Source of the DNA: Savitreella phatthalungensis | Taxonomy: Eukaryota | Reading direction: 5' to 3' | Assembly: GCA_051599415.1 (NCBI GenBank) | Contig: AP039692.1 | Span: 62,001-126,000 of the forward strand | DNA length: 64,000 nucleotides | Shown: piece after piece, positions 30,963 through 41,449 of the stretch | Numbering within the stretch: the first letter of the stretch is position 1 | Layout: each line of letters starts with the position of its first letter | Notes under the pieces: model-generated | What the model was told of the DNA's origin: nothing | Seen by the model: only the letters and a program-made list of their open reading frames with translations | Database searches by the model: none | Position numbers and translations under genes: made by a program

Positions 30963-32357
30963 ATGCTGCGTCGAGACCGGCCTCCGCGAGGGCAGCGTCG
31001 GCCACAGCAGCCTCCGGTCGGCTTGTTACCTACCGCATGTCTGGAGTGGCTTCCTCAAAAGGCTCGCTTCTGCCGCTTCGAGCCAAGGGAGGGAGGATTC
31101 TGCTCGATGCACGTCGGACCGATGAAGGAGACACCTCGTGTAGAGACGAAGCAGCAGTGGTACGAAAAGGAATGCAATATTAGTAAGACGTATCACTCCT
31201 TTGATGATGATGCACGGGTCGAAGTCAATGATCGCGAGCTCGGGTGTCCTGATCCTTTGGGTTCTTCACCATTCGACCTCGTGCTCGCACGTCTCTCATC
31301 TCTCATATGGCTCGATGGGGACGAGTATTGCGGCATTGAGACGCGAATCCTCACTCTCGAGGGTGAGCCGCTTACTGCGGACGATTCCGTCGATGCGGGC
31401 CGCGAGCAGGCGGCACGTCACGAGAGACAGGGAGCCAGTATTCTTGGGCAGCTGACCTCTCGAGATGTTCTATCTTCAATTCTCGAGGCAGGCACTATCA
31501 TCGTGGAATGGGGCTGCGGCACTGCAGAGCTGTCCCACCAGCTAGCAGCTGCCTTTCTTAGGAACACGCCACGACCGGCGGATGTGACGCAGCATACGCA
31601 GAGTGACTCATTCAAACTTGCCGCATTTGTGCTAATCGATCGCGCTTCCGGTCTACGTCGGCGGGATCTGAAAATCCAACGAGAAGCAGTGGAATGGGCT
31701 ACAGGGAATCTGCCCAGCAATCTGACGCAAGCGCCTGAGCTTCGATCGCCGTCCCCGTTCAGTGTAGAGCGAGCACGCATTGACATTTCGGATCTTCGCT
31801 TCGATATTCTGCTTGGTCACACTCGTAAGAGGTTAAGCAAGCAGGACAAGGTGCCGTTGATTCATGTCAGTAAGCATTTATGTGGCGCAGCGACGGATCT
31901 CACGTTGGCTGCGCTTACACGGCGAGAGCCTGGCAGTGAAAGTCCGTCCGGGGCATTATCGATCGCGCTATGCTGTCACCATCGCTGCGAATGGACAGCT
32001 CTACCGGAATTGATGCGATCAATCTTTGCCGGCACAAAGCCCTTGATGGCCGACGGGACATGTGTGGTAATTGCAGAGAATGCTCAAGAATTCACGACTC
32101 TCGCAAGAATGTCATCCTGGGCAACGAACTCTGAAGCCGTTCCGCGGGCTGGACAACCTGATAGGAACACATCTACTACGTGCGGCAAGCTATCCTTTCA
32201 ACAGCGGCTGGTCATCGGTCGCAGGTGCAAGCGCGCGATTGATTTGGCCCGTTGTTCGTATCTGCGCATGGCAGGTACGAGCTTCACAGAGATTCAGCTT
32301 GTCAGATATTCAAGGGAGCATTGGACTCGCGAGCCTTATGCATTAGTCGCGTGGTGA
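30963..32357 (+). CDS. TRM13: tRNA position-4 2'-O-methyltransferase Trm13
   Basis: N-terminal CCCH finger (C.EWLPQKARFCRF..FCSMH), IVEWGCGTAELS, IDISDL, SKHLCGAATDLTL, IALCCHHRCEW. Confidence 0.9.
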   Translation: MLRRDRPPRGQRRPQQPPVGLLPTACLEWLPQKARFCRFEPREGGFCSMHVGPMKETPRVETKQQWYEKECNISKTYHSFDDDARVEVNDRELGCPDPLGSSPFDLVLARLSSLIWLDGDEYCGIETRILTLEGEPLTADDSVDAGREQAARHERQGASILGQLTSRDVLSSILEAGTIIVEWGCGTAELSHQLAAAFLRNTPRPADVTQHTQSDSFKLAAFVLIDRASGLRRRDLKIQREAVEWATGNLPSNLTQAPELRSPSPFSVERARIDISDLRFDILLGHTRKRLSKQDKVPLIHVSKHLCGAATDLTLAALTRREPGSESPSGALSIALCCHHRCEWTALPELMRSIFAGTKPLMADGTCVVIAENAQEFTTLARMSSWATNSEAVPRAGQPDRNTSTTCGKLSFQQRLVIGRRCKRAIDLARCSYLRMAGTSFTEIQLVRYSREHWTREPYALVAW

Positions 32358-32672
32358 CTTCGGAGACTCAAAGATAGGCTGAATATGTCCGTCAATCGTC
32401 TAGCGTACCACTACGGCGGGCGACAGTTGAGCAACAGCACGTAACAGGAGCAGCAAAAACAAGATGGCGAATCCGGTGATGTTTTCGCACGTCATTATTC
32501 GGGTACACTATAGAAGAATCACAGTGACACGTGTAGCATGAGCTTCATTCCAATCGCTCAACGATAAATTGGACCGCTCCGGGACACACTCAACTAACCC
32601 TTTATGAAGAATAGATTTATTGTCCGCCTCAAGCGGAATCTCGAGGCTCTCTCAGAATCGCCATGGATCTGC

Positions 32673-33716
32673 CTAGAAATCTCGCTGCGCAGCATCGGTC
32701 GACCGGGCAAGCGCATCCACGTCTCGCGGAGCTTGATCTGAGGGCTGTCGTGGTACAGCTGGCACGGAGTCCACTGATTGATTTGACTTCGCAGAATCCT
32801 CGGGCTTAGACATATCGTGATGAAGCTCACGTGTAGCCGCCGCCGTACTGTCGCTCACCTCTTTTCGAAATGACGGAAGCTCTTCTTTGAGAGCTGCAGA
32901 GCCACCGAGAGGCTCTTGACCAGTCGTTCGCTTGACTCTCTTCGCCACGCCATGCGCTGCTTCGGCTGCTATATCTGAAGCTTTGCGCGTGGCACCTTGC
33001 TGTTTAGCCGTTCCATCTTCTTCGACGGATTCCTCCGGTATAATTGACACAGGTTGAACGCGTTCTCCAGGTATCACTTGTTCGCGCTCGGGAGGAGGTG
33101 CATCTGCAGCCTCCCGATCTTTGTCTGGAATGACACCACCAGCTGGAATGTCCATCACGTGTCTCTCTTCAGCAGTGCCTTCCAGCGCTTTCTCTGCGGT
33201 CTCAACTGCATTGGACCGCTCCGGCTCACTCGGTCTTTCTGCTGTTGAAAGGCCAGGATGGGGATCTTCATTAGCGACGTCGCTCGCGGTCTCTTGATAT
33301 GCCTCCGGATTGCGAACCCTGTCTAGCACGCTCGCTGTCTTGCTGGGTTCCGCCGTTTCTTCAGGCATCAGCTTAATTTTCGTATCTTTCAAGCCGGAGT
33401 GCGTCCGTGCTGTTGCAGAATCGTTCGTGACTGGTTGCGTCGTACTTGTATGCTCGGGGTGCGCGGTTGGACGGCTCGATCCTGTTTGAGCCTTTACCTC
33501 TTTGTGTTCACTAGACTTTCTCGCGCGGTTCTCGCTTCCATTGCCTGTTTTGTCAAAGTCCTCTGTTTGAGTTGCTGAAGCTGAATGCGATCGCTTGTCT
33601 TCTGGGTTACTCTCGGCAAGCCCCTCGATATCTGCTGGCCCATCATCTCTGGCGAGCGCATTACTGGTCCCTTCGTCCTGTCCACGAAGCGCGCTGAGCA
33701 AAGCTGGCTTTTTCAT
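32673..33716 (-). CDS. Hypothetical hydrophilic low-complexity protein
   Basis: 347-aa ORF from ATG 33716, E/A/S/T/P-rich, no recognised domain. Confidence 0.6.
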   Translation of the reverse strand: MKKPALLSALRGQDEGTSNALARDDGPADIEGLAESNPEDKRSHSASATQTEDFDKTGNGSENRARKSSEHKEVKAQTGSSRPTAHPEHTSTTQPVTNDSATARTHSGLKDTKIKLMPEETAEPSKTASVLDRVRNPEAYQETASDVANEDPHPGLSTAERPSEPERSNAVETAEKALEGTAEERHVMDIPAGGVIPDKDREAADAPPPEREQVIPGERVQPVSIIPEESVEEDGTAKQQGATRKASDIAAEAAHGVAKRVKRTTGQEPLGGSAALKEELPSFRKEVSDSTAAATRELHHDMSKPEDSAKSNQSVDSVPAVPRQPSDQAPRDVDALARSTDAAQRDF

Positions 33717-34651
33717 GCGATTTTTGTAAACTGCAAAGGCTGAGTCAGTACACTCGATCAATGACGGGGTAGTGGCCTGAGGTGATGGAAATTGACGTAC
33801 CGCCACGAGTCTTTGCGAGTTCGACAAGATCGAACCACGGCATGTCTTCGTAGTCCATCGTAGAACGTTGCCACAACAATCAGCGATCGTTGTTCACAGT
33901 GGATTATTCTTCTGATTTCGAGACACGGTATTTGTCGAGGAGTACAATATCGCTATTGACAGTAGTTCTCCTGACGGCGCTGTCAACTAAACGTCTTACT
34001 GTTCTGCTTTCTATCTACTCAGGTCGACGTCATAGTCCATTGACCATGCATAAAACGAATCAAATTTGGCCTGGATGATTCTACAGCTGCATCTGAATAT
34101 TGTTGTTTTTGCACCAGCCTGCGGAGCCGCACTGGCGAGGTGACCTCAGGTGGGGTGACCTAGGTGACCCGACCAAGTGCAGGTGACCATAGGTGAGTTG
34201 ACCAGATGATTTCAATTGACCAAGGTCCCGCTTGCACAGATGCTCAGGCATCCGTCCGACCGCTGGACTGCCTGAGCTACTCACTGTGTTATATGTGTAT
34301 TGATAGCAATATACAACCTCTGAGACTGTTTGGTACAAAGGAGAATTCACAGCGGAACCCTGCAACGATTAGCTAGCTCTGATTAAAAGCAATTAAGGGC
34401 ATGGATGGAATTTTGCAGTTGTGTGCATTCAATCTTTCTGAACTCGTTTCACCGGTAAATTTATCAGTGGATGCGTAACTTCAGACCTAGCTAACAGCTT
34501 CGTCATGCATATCTGGCGTGGAAAGCGCGACGTGGAGTACAGGAGAGCACATTATCACCAGTGACCGCATAGTGCAACCTGAGAAATCCGACTAAGGTGC
34601 AGATATCCGTGGCTGCGTACGACTATCTGAGAGCCGACCGAATTCGATCTG

Positions 34652-36547
34652 ATGGCTTCCCAGCCGGCTCGCTCACCTGATTCTCTACGAGATCTTCAGG
34701 TTGCGAGTATCAAGCGCTTGCTTGCGTTCAATAGCACAGAATCAGACGATACACCAATATGGAAGGTGCTAGTCTTCGACAAATTGGGCAGAGATGTAAT
34801 CTCATCTGTCCTGCGCGTGAACGATCTACGAGACGCCGGCGTGACAGTACATATGCAGCTTGCAGCCGACAGACAGTCAATCGCAGATGTGCCAGCAATC
34901 TACTTTGTCGAACCAACGCAAAAGAGTATCGAGATCATTGCTCAAGATCTTCAGCGAGGTTTGTATGATGGTGCTTATCTCAACTTCTCATCTACATTAC
35001 CACGCATGCTGCTGGAAGACTTGGCAGCGCAGACAGCCCAGGCGGGTACAGCTCAATACATACAGCAGGTGTACGACCAATATCTCAACTTTATCGTCAC
35101 CGAGCCCGACCTATTTTCTCTCGGTCAGCCAGATGTCTTTCGCATGCTTAATGCCAGCGGGGTCGCAGAGTCAGCGATCGAGGATGCACTGGACAGAATC
35201 GTCAGTGGCCTTTTCTCAGTTGTCGTAACCCTGGACAACATTCCCGTGATTCGATGTCCTGGTGGCAATGCAGCAGAGATGATCGCCCGCAGACTGGACA
35301 CAAAACTGCGCGACTATGTCACGAATACACGTCAAAATTATACAACAAAGACCGCACACCATTATCAGCGACCTGTACTGATCATTCTCGATCGCATGGT
35401 TGACCTCGTCTCAATGCTCTCGCATTCTTGGACATATCAAGCGCTGGTTCATGATCTGTGCGCCTTAGACCTGAATCGTATCACGCTGCCACCGGGAGAA
35501 GACGGAAAGCGTAAGGCTTACGATGTCGATCCGACCGATTTCTTCTGGAGGGAAAATGCCAATACGGTCTTTCCTGCGGTCGCCGAACATCTGCAGGGAG
35601 AGCTTGACCGGTATACGAAGGAGAAGGCCGAGCTGACGCGGAAAACGGGCATCACTGAGATCGAGGATCTAGACCCGACTTCTGCGGCCACCACCGTGCA
35701 TCTGCAGGCAGCATTGAAAGCCTTACCCGAGATGCAGGCCCGTAAAAGCACATTGGATATGCACATGACGATCGCCACAGCTCTGCTCAAGGGTGTCCAG
35801 GATCGTCATATTGACAAATTTGTTGAAAGCGAAGAAACTATCGCTCGTTCTTCGAAGCAGCAGTTGCTCGCGGTCATCAATGATGATACTCGAAAACCAC
35901 AGGACAAGCTCCGCTTGTTCATCATCTATTTCCTCAGCACAGAAGGCGACGTGAAGAAGGCGGACCTTGTCGAATTCGAAGCAGCCCTTGAGAAGGCCGG
36001 CTGCGATCTGACCCCACTGAAAGCGATCAAGAAAGTGCGTGATCTGGCCAAGATGAGCATAGCTGCGGTCCCCGTACAACAATCTCAACCCGCCGGTGGT
36101 GCGGATCAGCTTCTCAAGGGATTCTCATCCCTGTCGTCCCGCTTCGGCGAGCGGCTTCAACAGGCAGGCATTTCAGACAATCTGAACAATTTGCTGGCAG
36201 GCGTCAAGAACTTCTTGCCTAGCTCATCCAACTTGACCATCACCCGCATCGTTGAAAGCCTGATGGATCCGGCATCGCAGCAGGGCTACACATCGAGCGC
36301 CACGCTCACAGACGACTATCTCTACTTCGATCCGCGGCAGCGTGTCTCACAGCAGCCTGCCAAGCCGCAGACGTTTGCGGAATCTATTGTTTTCATGGTG
36401 GGAGGAGGCAACTACGTTGAATACGGCAACCTATTGGACTGGCAGGAACGAAGCAAGCAGCAAGGTAGAGATCGCAGAGTCATCTACGGTGCCTCCACAA
36501 TAGTCTCTCCAGAGGAATTCCTGAATGAGCTCGCACGTACACAATAA
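34652..36547 (+). CDS. SLY1: Sec1/Munc18-family ER-Golgi protein Sly1
   Basis: WKVLVFDKLGRDVISSVLRVNDLR, DVPAIYFVEPT, RPVLIILDR, HSWTYQALVHD, FMVGGGNYVEY. Confidence 0.96.
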   Translation: MASQPARSPDSLRDLQVASIKRLLAFNSTESDDTPIWKVLVFDKLGRDVISSVLRVNDLRDAGVTVHMQLAADRQSIADVPAIYFVEPTQKSIEIIAQDLQRGLYDGAYLNFSSTLPRMLLEDLAAQTAQAGTAQYIQQVYDQYLNFIVTEPDLFSLGQPDVFRMLNASGVAESAIEDALDRIVSGLFSVVVTLDNIPVIRCPGGNAAEMIARRLDTKLRDYVTNTRQNYTTKTAHHYQRPVLIILDRMVDLVSMLSHSWTYQALVHDLCALDLNRITLPPGEDGKRKAYDVDPTDFFWRENANTVFPAVAEHLQGELDRYTKEKAELTRKTGITEIEDLDPTSAATTVHLQAALKALPEMQARKSTLDMHMTIATALLKGVQDRHIDKFVESEETIARSSKQQLLAVINDDTRKPQDKLRLFIIYFLSTEGDVKKADLVEFEAALEKAGCDLTPLKAIKKVRDLAKMSIAAVPVQQSQPAGGADQLLKGFSSLSSRFGERLQQAGISDNLNNLLAGVKNFLPSSSNLTITRIVESLMDPASQQGYTSSATLTDDYLYFDPRQRVSQQPAKPQTFAESIVFMVGGGNYVEYGNLLDWQERSKQQGRDRRVIYGASTIVSPEEFLNELARTQ

Positions 36548-37278
36548 TAATTCAGATGAGAGGAAAAGAGACTTTTAATGTAGCAATGAACCTTTCTTTC
36601 CAAGCTATATAGCTAGCTAGGTGAATTCATTTGCCAGGATCCATTTGTTTCAAAAGCCATACATGGATGGTTCACTTCATGATAAGCCTGTGACCACGTT
36701 CCGTGTTACGGACTCGCGCGGCCTATGATCCCGACAATCGAGATTGATTTTATGAGTATAAATTATCATCTGGTTTGGTCTACATATGCAGTGGATGGAG
36801 ATAACTGGGCAACCGCTGATTGGCTATTGGACCTCACAAGAAAAGAGATGGAAATTTTCCATCTTGCGTCAGAGCCAGGCAGACTAATTACTTAGACTGA
36901 CCTTTTGGTTCCCGGCTCCTAAGCAGTGAGAGTAGAGTTCGCTCAGTAGAGCTTTCTAATTTCAAAGCCAGCCGAGAAGCACTGTTCCAGGTTATACTCA
37001 CGTACGTGTACTTGATTAATTTACATTCTATCAATTGGCTTAGGTTGGCCTGACCAACACAGTGATAGATAGCCTATTTAATCCTTTTACCTCTTCCGAT
37101 GCTCAAGGAAAAAAAGTATCAGGATCCAGTCAGCGACACAGCAGTCATCAACATCTCGACAACGAGAATCAATTCGCATCTGAAGCGTAAAGCGTCTTTG
37201 CTCTGTTGGTTGAAGTCATTGTCAAAAGGTCTTTTCGATCAACAGCTTTATACACACCTGCTTCGTATCTCGTAGCGC

Positions 37279-37338
37279 ATGCTTGAGACCCGAGAGGACT
37301 ATTTGAGCGACAAGGTTTGGAAGTCGTCAGAATACTAA
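37279..37338 (+). CDS. Arginine attenuator peptide (AAP) uORF of CPA1, 19 aa
   Basis: MLETREDYLSDKVWKSSEY* matches the AAP core DY(L/I)SD(H)(L/I)W; stops 33 nt before the CPA1 ATG. Confidence 0.88.
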   Translation: MLETREDYLSDKVWKSSEY

Positions 37339-37371
37339 AGGACAAGGCGGGCATCAAGCATTCTCGCTATC

Positions 37372-38643
37372 ATGCTCAAGAACCTCATTTCTAAGAACGC
37401 GGTCGCGCGAACAAGCAACCTAGTCAAGGGCCTTGCCACTGTCGCCGACCCAAACAACGCTAATTACGTCCACCCGCGTCAGTTCGCACAGAAGCCAAAG
37501 ATCAACCGTGACCTCGCTACTTTCACGATCAAGGATGGACCTGTTTTCAAGGGCCAATCGTTCGGTGCAAAGCGTAGCATCTCTGGAGAAGCTGTCTTCA
37601 CGACATCAGTCGTCGGATACCCAGAGAGCATGACCGATCCTTCTTACACCGGTCAAATCCTCGTCTTCACCCAGCCAATGATCGGCAACTACGGTGTCCC
37701 ATCAAGCGAGGCGCGAGATCAGTTTAACTTGCTCAAATACTTCGAGTCCGGCAAGATCCAGTGTGCTGGTGTGATTTGCAGCGATGTCGCGCTTAAGTAC
37801 TCTCACTGGACAGCTGTCGAATCGTTGGGAGACTGGTGCACTCGTGAGGGTGTACCGGCGCTGTCTGGCGTAGATACCCGTGCCATCGTCACATATCTCC
37901 GCGAGCAGGGATCTTCCCTTGCAAAGATCAACATTGGCGAGGAGTATGACGCCGTTGAGGACGACGCCTACACTGACCCAGCCGCAATCAACCTCGTTCG
38001 CAAGGTCTCCACCAAGCACCCATACCATATTGCAGCAGGCGGAAAGCAGCACATTGCTCTTATTGACTGTGGAGTCAAGGAGAATATCTTGCGCTGTCTA
38101 GCCGGACGCGGCGCCGACGTGACTGTCTTCCCCTTCGACTACCCTGTCCAGGATGTGATTCACAAATTCGACGGTCTCTTCCTTTCAAATGGTCCCGGTG
38201 ATCCGACTCATTGCGACGCGACTGTCTACAACCTACGTCAAGTGCTTAACAAGTTCGACGGACCGATCTTCGGTATCTGCCTCGGACACCAGCTTCTCGC
38301 CCTTGCTGCAGGGGCGAAGACAATCAAGCTTAAATACGGCAACCGTGCTCACAACATTCCGTGCCTCAACACCATCACCGGGGAGTGCTCCATCACATCG
38401 CAGAACCACGGGTACGCTGTCGACGTGTCGACCTTGCCGAGTGACTGGCAGGAATCCTTCATCAACTTGAACGACCAATCGAACGAGGGCATCGTGCACA
38501 AGACACGTCCGATTGGCTCTGTCCAGTTCCACCCGGAGGCTAAGGGCGGACCATCTGACCCTGCTTACCTGTTTGACAACTTCATCAACCAGGTTGAGAA
38601 GTACGTTGAAGGACGCGCACCTGAGCCCAAGTTCTCCGCATGA
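37372..38643 (+). CDS. CPA1: Arginine-specific carbamoyl-phosphate synthase small subunit (CPA1/arg-2)
   Basis: Mitochondrial presequence; [47 protein letters not shown]. Confidence 0.97.
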   Translation: MLKNLISKNAVARTSNLVKGLATVADPNNANYVHPRQFAQKPKINRDLATFTIKDGPVFKGQSFGAKRSISGEAVFTTSVVGYPESMTDPSYTGQILVFTQPMIGNYGVPSSEARDQFNLLKYFESGKIQCAGVICSDVALKYSHWTAVESLGDWCTREGVPALSGVDTRAIVTYLREQGSSLAKINIGEEYDAVEDDAYTDPAAINLVRKVSTKHPYHIAAGGKQHIALIDCGVKENILRCLAGRGADVTVFPFDYPVQDVIHKFDGLFLSNGPGDPTHCDATVYNLRQVLNKFDGPIFGICLGHQLLALAAGAKTIKLKYGNRAHNIPCLNTITGECSITSQNHGYAVDVSTLPSDWQESFINLNDQSNEGIVHKTRPIGSVQFHPEAKGGPSDPAYLFDNFINQVEKYVEGRAPEPKFSA

Positions 38644-39068
38644 GTTCCCTCCGCCGGATTTTCGGATTCCGACCAAGGTCGTGCCGGCCGAGCCAATCTC
38701 ACATACACTACGAGTCTAGCAGCGACCATTGATTATCAAACACATCTATGAGACGACAAACTGACAGCTGAGGGAGTAACACTAGAGCGGATGCTGTGTC
38801 GTGATATTGTGCCATCCTGTTCGTCTATCCATGGAAATTATGAACTGTATGCATCCTGAAGTCTGCTTCTTTGCAATTGTCACTGATCGCTTTTGTGTCT
38901 GGAGAATCAGAATTGCTGAAACGCGACGCGGTGCACGGGCTCGAAGATATCAGTCTGATTTGGCTCTGCTATAGTGAGTGATACGGTAGGCGCGTTCAAT
39001 ACCAGAAAAAGGTCAACAGGCAGGTGTCAAACCAAGGAACGACGAAGTATCATTGGGAAGTTCCACTC

Positions 39069-39804
39069 ATGCAATTCACGTACTTGCTGAATGGCTTGCT
39101 CGCCTTTGCTACCCTAGCGTCAGCTCGTAAGAGATCATACACTCGCCAGCACGCGAGCTTCACAAGGCTCCGTAAGATTTACTGACCGACTGATAGTCAA
39201 ATTCGACCTCGAGGCTCATAGACCTGGATTCAACAAGCAACGGTGCATCCGGGACTACGTTGCCGGCGACGTGCTTGTGGTCGTGACAGCTTGGGTGTCT
39301 GATGGCTCGAACGCTGCCAGGGACGCTGTGAGGACGGACATTGAGATCTCAGATTCTCTGGGCAATCAGTATGCTCGTCCGAGGAACGTCTGGGGAGAGT
39401 CACGCTCGGCCTTCACCGTTCACGAGGCTGCGTACGTCAAAGTGTGCTTCGACAACGTCATCAACCAGGGCTATCCTGACCATGCAGGTTCGGGCGGCGT
39501 CCAGAGACATATCGAGTTGGACGTCGACATCGGTGCAGATGCACTCGATTGGTCAGCGATTCAGAAAGCTGAAAAGCTGGGTCCTCTCGAGGCCGATCTG
39601 AGGAGGGCAGAAGGGTTGATGGGCGAGGTCGTGGCAGAAATGGAGTATTTGCGTGCACGGGAGCAGCGGTTGCGGGATACAAATGAGAGCACGAACGACA
39701 GAGTCAAAGGCTTCGCCTTCCTCTCCCTAATCGTACTCCTCGGCACAGGCGTATGGCAGGTCGTCTATCTGCGAAGATTCTTCCAGCGCAAGCACCTCAT
39801 TTAG
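39069..39804 (+). CDS. ERV25: p24 family cargo receptor Erv25/TMED10; join(39069-39126, 39197-39804)
   Basis: Signal peptide, 70-nt intron (GTAAGA..CTGAC..TAG), LKFDLEA, LRDTNESTNDRV, WQVVYLRRFFQRKHLI. Confidence 0.92.
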
Positions 39805-39928
39805 CTCTCTTTAACAGCTAAAATGCTACGTAGAGGAAGTCGCAACAGCGTGCATCTGCTTCTGCTTGACTGTGAATACAAAACTGCATCTTTCCCTCTC
39901 CCCACATACTGGGCTATCGACCTCCTTA

Positions 39929-40765
39929 TTACAATTTGCTGAATGCTGGCTTCCGCTTGGCCATCGTAGCTGTCATGGCTTCTGGCACATCTGAAGCTTG
40001 GAGTTGTGAAGCATTCCATAGCTGGGTTACTAGCAGGCCTTCGGCCACAGTGCGGTCACGCGAGTACTCCATCAGTAGCTTCGTGGCTTGCACTGCAATC
40101 GGTGACTTTGTGGCGATCAGCTTGGCCATCTGGAGCCCTGCCTCGACACATGCCGTGCGTGTAGGGTAAACGGCTGAGACGAGGCCTTGCCGAAGTGCCT
40201 CGTCTGCGCCAAATTCCCGGGCCGTGAGACATACCTCCCTTGCCCACGAGCCACTGCCGACACACTTCGGCAAGCGCTGCAGGGTACCGATGTCAGCTGC
40301 TAGACCAACATCAACCTCCTTGACTGCCCATCTTGTGTCCTGTGAACAGAGGCGGATGTCCGCTGCCGTGGCAAGGTCTACTGCAAGACCGAACGAAATA
40401 CCATTGGCGCAAAGGATGACGGGCTTGCGAGAGACGGAGAGCGAAGAGATGGCATCCTGGAAGTCGCGAATGTGTCGCTGTAGATTATGAGCCGCACGAG
40501 CTGCATCGCCAGCCTCGCTGACCATGGACACGAGAGAGTTGCCGCTCAAGTCAAGACCAGAACAGAAGGCGCGGTCGAGCGCAGAGCTGACAACGACGCA
40601 ACGCACGTCCGTATCGTCACTTGCGGTGTCCATCAGCCGTTTGAGCGACTGCCACATAGCATCATCGTATGCATTGAGCTTCCGGGGTCTATTGATGATA
40701 ACGTGAAGCACTCCTGTGGTGACATCGCGGTCGATATCATAGTTTGGCTCTGTGTACCTGGACAT
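39929..40765 (-). CDS. Peroxisomal delta3,5-delta2,4-dienoyl-CoA isomerase (ECH1-like crotonase)
   Basis: NRPRKLNA, FCSGLDL, KEVDVGLAADIGTLQRLPK, C-terminal SKL (PTS1). Confidence 0.9.
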   Translation of the reverse strand: MSRYTEPNYDIDRDVTTGVLHVIINRPRKLNAYDDAMWQSLKRLMDTASDDTDVRCVVVSSALDRAFCSGLDLSGNSLVSMVSEAGDAARAAHNLQRHIRDFQDAISSLSVSRKPVILCANGISFGLAVDLATAADIRLCSQDTRWAVKEVDVGLAADIGTLQRLPKCVGSGSWAREVCLTAREFGADEALRQGLVSAVYPTRTACVEAGLQMAKLIATKSPIAVQATKLLMEYSRDRTVAEGLLVTQLWNASQLQASDVPEAMTATMAKRKPAFSKL

Positions 40766-41449
40766 GGTGATGTTCGCGATAGGAACGGGGATCCTAAGGC
40801 AAAAAGTCAAACAATGTGGAGCACTTTAACAACCGGTACCAAAGGAGATATGGCAATACGCTTGACTTGCCCCAACAATAACTCGAATACGATCTGATCG
40901 AGAATAACCTCAAAGCTGGCCGGAAGTCAGATGGACGTACTGTCAGGCGTGTACGTGGAGAATGTAGAGGAGCGTTGCGTATAGACGGCTGATGCCGAGG
41001 CGTGTCTGTGCTGCCCTGTGCAGTAGCATATGGTTCGAGCCGAGTTTCTTGTTGCTGCTGCAGCACCTGCATCCATGCATCCAGTAATGTGGAGCTCCGC
41101 AAAAGGTCAAAATTTCAATCATGCATTCGATTCATTCATTCATGCATATGTTTATGCATTAAATATAATTTAGATCAGGCTCTATAGTCACGAAGGATTC
41201 CAATTCACGTGCACACCATCAACAAGAGCTGTGGAGGACGTCACCAGTGGGCGCCTCGAACTACACTAAGATCGAGTACAAAGACCACCATAGTCACGAA
41301 GGGACTCCATTTTGACAGTGTAATATATCGCTAGTGCTGTCGCAGCAGATCGCTTAATTGACTGCACGCTTGGCAGCGAACTGGGATCCATTGTCGCTGC
41401 CTCAATTCCTCCTGATTGCATTTCCTTCCACTCAGGCACAGTCATAAGT

